From positions 1 to 42,933 of IMG/VR virus record IMGVR_UViG_3300045988_062945: a DNA stretch of 42,933 nt; one strand, written 5' to 3'. The notes beneath the pieces are model-generated. The model was not told where the DNA came from and did not search any database. It saw nothing but the letters and a program-made list of their open reading frames with translations. Made by a program: the position numbers and the translations under genes. The DNA is from a virus. Every line of letters starts with the position of its first letter. Positions within the stretch are counted from its first letter, which is position 1. Positions 41,010-42,933 of the stretch are shown here, piece after piece.

Positions 41010-41621
41010 ATGTTTAAGCACATAGACATATTTCTTCAGGAAAAGCTCATCGCCCGCCCCTGCTTCTATCGTGAAAGCATACAGGACGACCGCAAGCCCG
41101 CAATATACCTTGAGGGCACCGACGATCTCGGCACGGAAGTGCATATATCCCTCTCCGCATATATGCCAAAGACGGAAAATGAGTGGTCTGATATCTGGAA
41201 TGAAGGATTCACCCCATCAGAGGAAGCGGTCGCCGACTTGATTTTTGCCGACGACGACCAAGTCGAGGAGCTTGCGGAAACCATCCGCGAGGCAGGCGAC
41301 TGGAGCGAGTGTCAGGACGAAGTGAAGCGTCTTTGTGAGCTTGCCGGTCTGCTCGACGAGTATAACGAGGCAGACGGAGATACCTTCGAGTGCGTTATCG
41401 ACCGCGCCGCAGAGTTTTTCGGTGTAACCGTCATCGCGACGGTCGCCGAGGCTCTGAAGTCTCTCCGTAAAAGAACCGGTCTTTCGCAAACAGCTTTCGG
41501 CGACATCTGCGGCGGCATCCCCCTCCGCACGATCCAGAACTGGGAATCGGGGATCAGAGAATGCCCCGACTACGTCCTCTTCCTCATAAAATCCCACCTT
41601 AAGAGCGAAAACCTCATCTGA
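41010..41621 (+). CDS. Acidic N-domain fused to a C-terminal XRE/HigA-like HTH
   Basis: ATG 41010 follows gaggagg. The C-terminus reads LKSLRKRTGLSQTAFGDICGGIPLRTIQNWESGIRECPDYVLFLI. Confidence 0.7.
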   Translation: MFKHIDIFLQEKLIARPCFYRESIQDDRKPAIYLEGTDDLGTEVHISLSAYMPKTENEWSDIWNEGFTPSEEAVADLIFADDDQVEELAETIREAGDWSECQDEVKRLCELAGLLDEYNEADGDTFECVIDRAAEFFGVTVIATVAEALKSLRKRTGLSQTAFGDICGGIPLRTIQNWESGIRECPDYVLFLIKSHLKSENLI

Positions 41622-41627
41622 AAAAAC

Positions 41628-41665
41628 AACCCGCGCCGGGAACGGAATGCGGGTTAGTTTTTTTG
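41628..41665 (+). terminator. Rho-independent terminator
   Basis: AACCCGC-14 nt-GCGGGTT followed by agttttttt. Confidence 0.7.
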
Positions 41666-41685
41666 TGGCAGATTCGTGGCAGATT
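41665..41685. repeat. Two tandem GTGGCAGATT units (left arm-type integrase-site candidates)
   Basis: Units at 41665-41674 and 41676-41685. The same decamer occurs twice more at 41884-41906. Confidence 0.7.
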
Positions 41686-41771
41686 TGAGGTCAAAATTAT
41701 GCCCCATGGGGCAAAATCGCGCCCCGCAGGGCAGAACAAAAACCTGCCGCAAAGCCCCGTAATACAAGGAA

Positions 41772-41802
41772 AAACCCGCAATCCCAAGCGGGACGCGGGT
41801 TT
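41772..41802 (-). terminator. Minus-strand hairpin plus T tract just beyond the tRNA-like CCA end
   Basis: Plus strand AAACCCGC...GCGGGTTT with an inner TCCC-aagc-GGGA. On the minus strand it is followed by TTTTTCC. Confidence 0.55.
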
Positions 41803-41809
41803 ATCGGCT

Positions 41810-41848
41810 TGGTGCGGGTAAAAGGACTTGAACCTTTCTGAAAAGTCC
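41810..41848 (-). other. attP core candidate: 3' portion of a tRNA gene (T arm, acceptor 3' strand, discriminator, CCA)
   Basis: The minus strand reads GGACTTTTCAG-AAAGG-TTCAAGT-CCTTT-TACCCGC-A-CCA. The matching 5' acceptor strand GCGGGTA does not occur within the 60-80 nt upstream (minus-strand sense) where a full tRNA would place it, so this is a fragment. Confidence 0.65.
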
Positions 41849-41879
41849 AAAAAAGCCCGTATTTATTGGCTTTGTTGCT

Positions 41880-42933
41880 TCACGTGGCAGATTTCGTGGC
41901 AGATTTCTCCGAAAACTGCTTAAAAGCATCGGAATAGTATGCCTCTAACCTCTCAAAAAACATATCTGTTTTATCCCTCATGATGTGTCCGTATACCCGG
42001 TTGACCATGTCCTCTGTCTCGTGTCCGAGCATATCTGCGATGTACTTTACAGGTATTCCGAGCATGATCATGACCGATGCGGTATAATGTCTCAGCTCGT
42101 GAAAGGTGTAGTGTGTTTCCGGGCATACTTCCTCAAGCACTTTCTGATACCGCTTGTATATCTGGTGCGTCTTAAGCGTCGTGATAAATATGTCATCTGG
42201 GTTGTAAAGCCGCTTCATTTCCGTTCTGAGATACGGCACCATTTTTATTATCCGGAATCCTGAGTAAGACTTCGGGGCTTTTTCAACAAATTTGTTTTCT
42301 ATGTCACGGACGATGGCAGTATCAACCTTTATCGTGCCGGCTTTGAAATCAACGTTTTTCCATTTCAGCCCGACGATCTCGCTCGATCTCATCCCTGCAA
42401 GCGCCGCCAGAAGCACCGGAAGCTCGATTTCGGTATCATGCACCGCTTGTATCAGCTTCATAACCTCTTCTTCGGTCGGAATTATAATATCCGGCTTTTC
42501 TTTTTGTGGTAATACCGTCCTCAACGTAAAATCCGGTCGGAACATCTTGAGAGCTGTTGAAAGCATACCGTGCATATTACGAACCGTCTTCGGCGCGTGA
42601 TTTTCTGCCTCAGCATTTATAGCTATCTGTACATCTTCTTGTGTCAGATCGTAAATGTTAATGTCGTGGAGAGGCTTGAGCGCATTTTCCCGCGCCTTCG
42701 TGTACACCCTGTATGTGAGCGGCGACAAAACGTTCTTTTTGGATTCCACACATCGCTCCATTGCCTCATATACAGTGATTTTACCCTGCCTGTTTCCTTT
42801 CCTGCTTGCCTCAAACTGCGCCGCTTCAAGCTGCACGGCTTTTTTGTTTTTCCCGGTAAAGCTCCGGTAATGCGCCTTTCCGTCCTCGTCCTTATAGTCA
42901 AGGACTTTTATCCGGTACGACCCCGACGGTAGC
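41880..42933 (-). CDS. int: Tyrosine recombinase / phage integrase (5' end runs off the window; the true start is the ATG at 136 after circularisation; 356 aa in total)
   Basis: The frame is open to the window end. Catalytic-type motifs are AGMRSSE (Arg), HELRHY (H-x-x-R), LGHE and VYGHI (Tyr), with an N-terminal arm-binding-like LPSGSYR segment. The gene lies next to attP. Confidence 0.9.
   Translation of the reverse strand, partial: LPSGSYRIKVLDYKDEDGKAHYRSFTGKNKKAVQLEAAQFEASRKGNRQGKITVYEAMERCVESKKNVLSPLTYRVYTKARENALKPLHDINIYDLTQEDVQIAINAEAENHAPKTVRNMHGMLSTALKMFRPDFTLRTVLPQKEKPDIIIPTEEEVMKLIQAVHDTEIELPVLLAALAGMRSSEIVGLKWKNVDFKAGTIKVDTAIVRDIENKFVEKAPKSYSGFRIIKMVPYLRTEMKRLYNPDDIFITTLKTHQIYKRYQKVLEEVCPETHYTFHELRHYTASVMIMLGIPVKYIADMLGHETEDMVNRVYGHIMRDKTDMFFERLEAYYSDAFKQFSEKSATKSAT
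41884..41906. repeat. Two tandem GTGGCAGATTT units (right arm-type site candidates) inside the last codons of int
   Basis: Units at 41884-41894 and 41896-41906. They encode the ...KSATKSAT C-terminus on the minus strand. Confidence 0.7.
42815..42933. repeat. Second copy of the 119-bp terminal direct repeat (equals 1-119)
   Basis: Same string as 1-119, starting at a42815 within tcaaACTGCG. Confidence 0.95.

Noticed and set aside
41614-41850. 78-aa minus-strand ORF covering the attP region.
   Set aside because: It has no SD. It spans terminators, palindromes and the tRNA-like core. The region is better explained as non-coding recombination DNA.
41805-41885. A complete tRNA gene on the minus strand.
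   Set aside because: Only the T arm, 3' acceptor strand and CCA are recognisable. The required 5' acceptor strand GCGGGTA and the D and anticodon arms are not found upstream, where the int stop codon lies.

Overview
The window is a complete, circularly closed genome of a temperate siphovirus-type phage. The two ends are identical over 119 bp, which leaves a unique length of 42,814 bp. Strong GGAGG ribosome-binding sites, an LL-H-type holin, an amidase endolysin and SHOCT and BclA-like domains point to a Gram-positive, Clostridia-like host. The molecule carries attP (a tRNA 3' end fragment flanked by arm-type repeats) rather than host flanks, and the tyrosine integrase gene spans the contig junction. 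Gene order is as follows. (1) Integrase and a minus-strand lysogeny module: two XRE-type repressor-like genes, one of them membrane-anchored, and a SHOCT-TM2 membrane protein. (2) A switch region with two near-consensus promoters facing each other. (3) A long plus-strand early operon: Cro-like gene, Rad52/Sak-like annealase, YqaJ-like exonuclease, NinB-like gene, SSB, replisome organiser with internal iterons, helicase-loader-like gene, MT-A70 methylase, DUF1064 nuclease, a C5-methylase-like gene broken at a C9 tract, MazG-like gene and many small Zn-ribbon ORFs. (4) A small sigma-region-4-like late regulator candidate. (5) Packaging and head genes: ParB-DUF4417, a JAB/MPN-like protein, TerL with a TerS-like N-extension, portal, and a MuF-like protein with an HExxH C-terminal domain. 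(6) A roughly 2.6-kb promoter-driven accessory island with two gene remnants and a cassette of a Cys-rich membrane protein, a BclA-C-terminal-like protein and an RSY-rich protein. (7) Scaffold, major capsid, connectors, tail tube, chaperones, tape measure, tail tip and fibre. (8) A gene broken at a G13 tract. (9) Holin and amidase. (10) A two-gene acidic-protein/HTH operon under a consensus promoter with an embedded operator. (11) attP. A 14-nt identical motif with fixed spacing to a -10 box occurs three times, at the heads of the late transcription units. All functional calls rest on motif reading and recollection of protein families. No database search was run.
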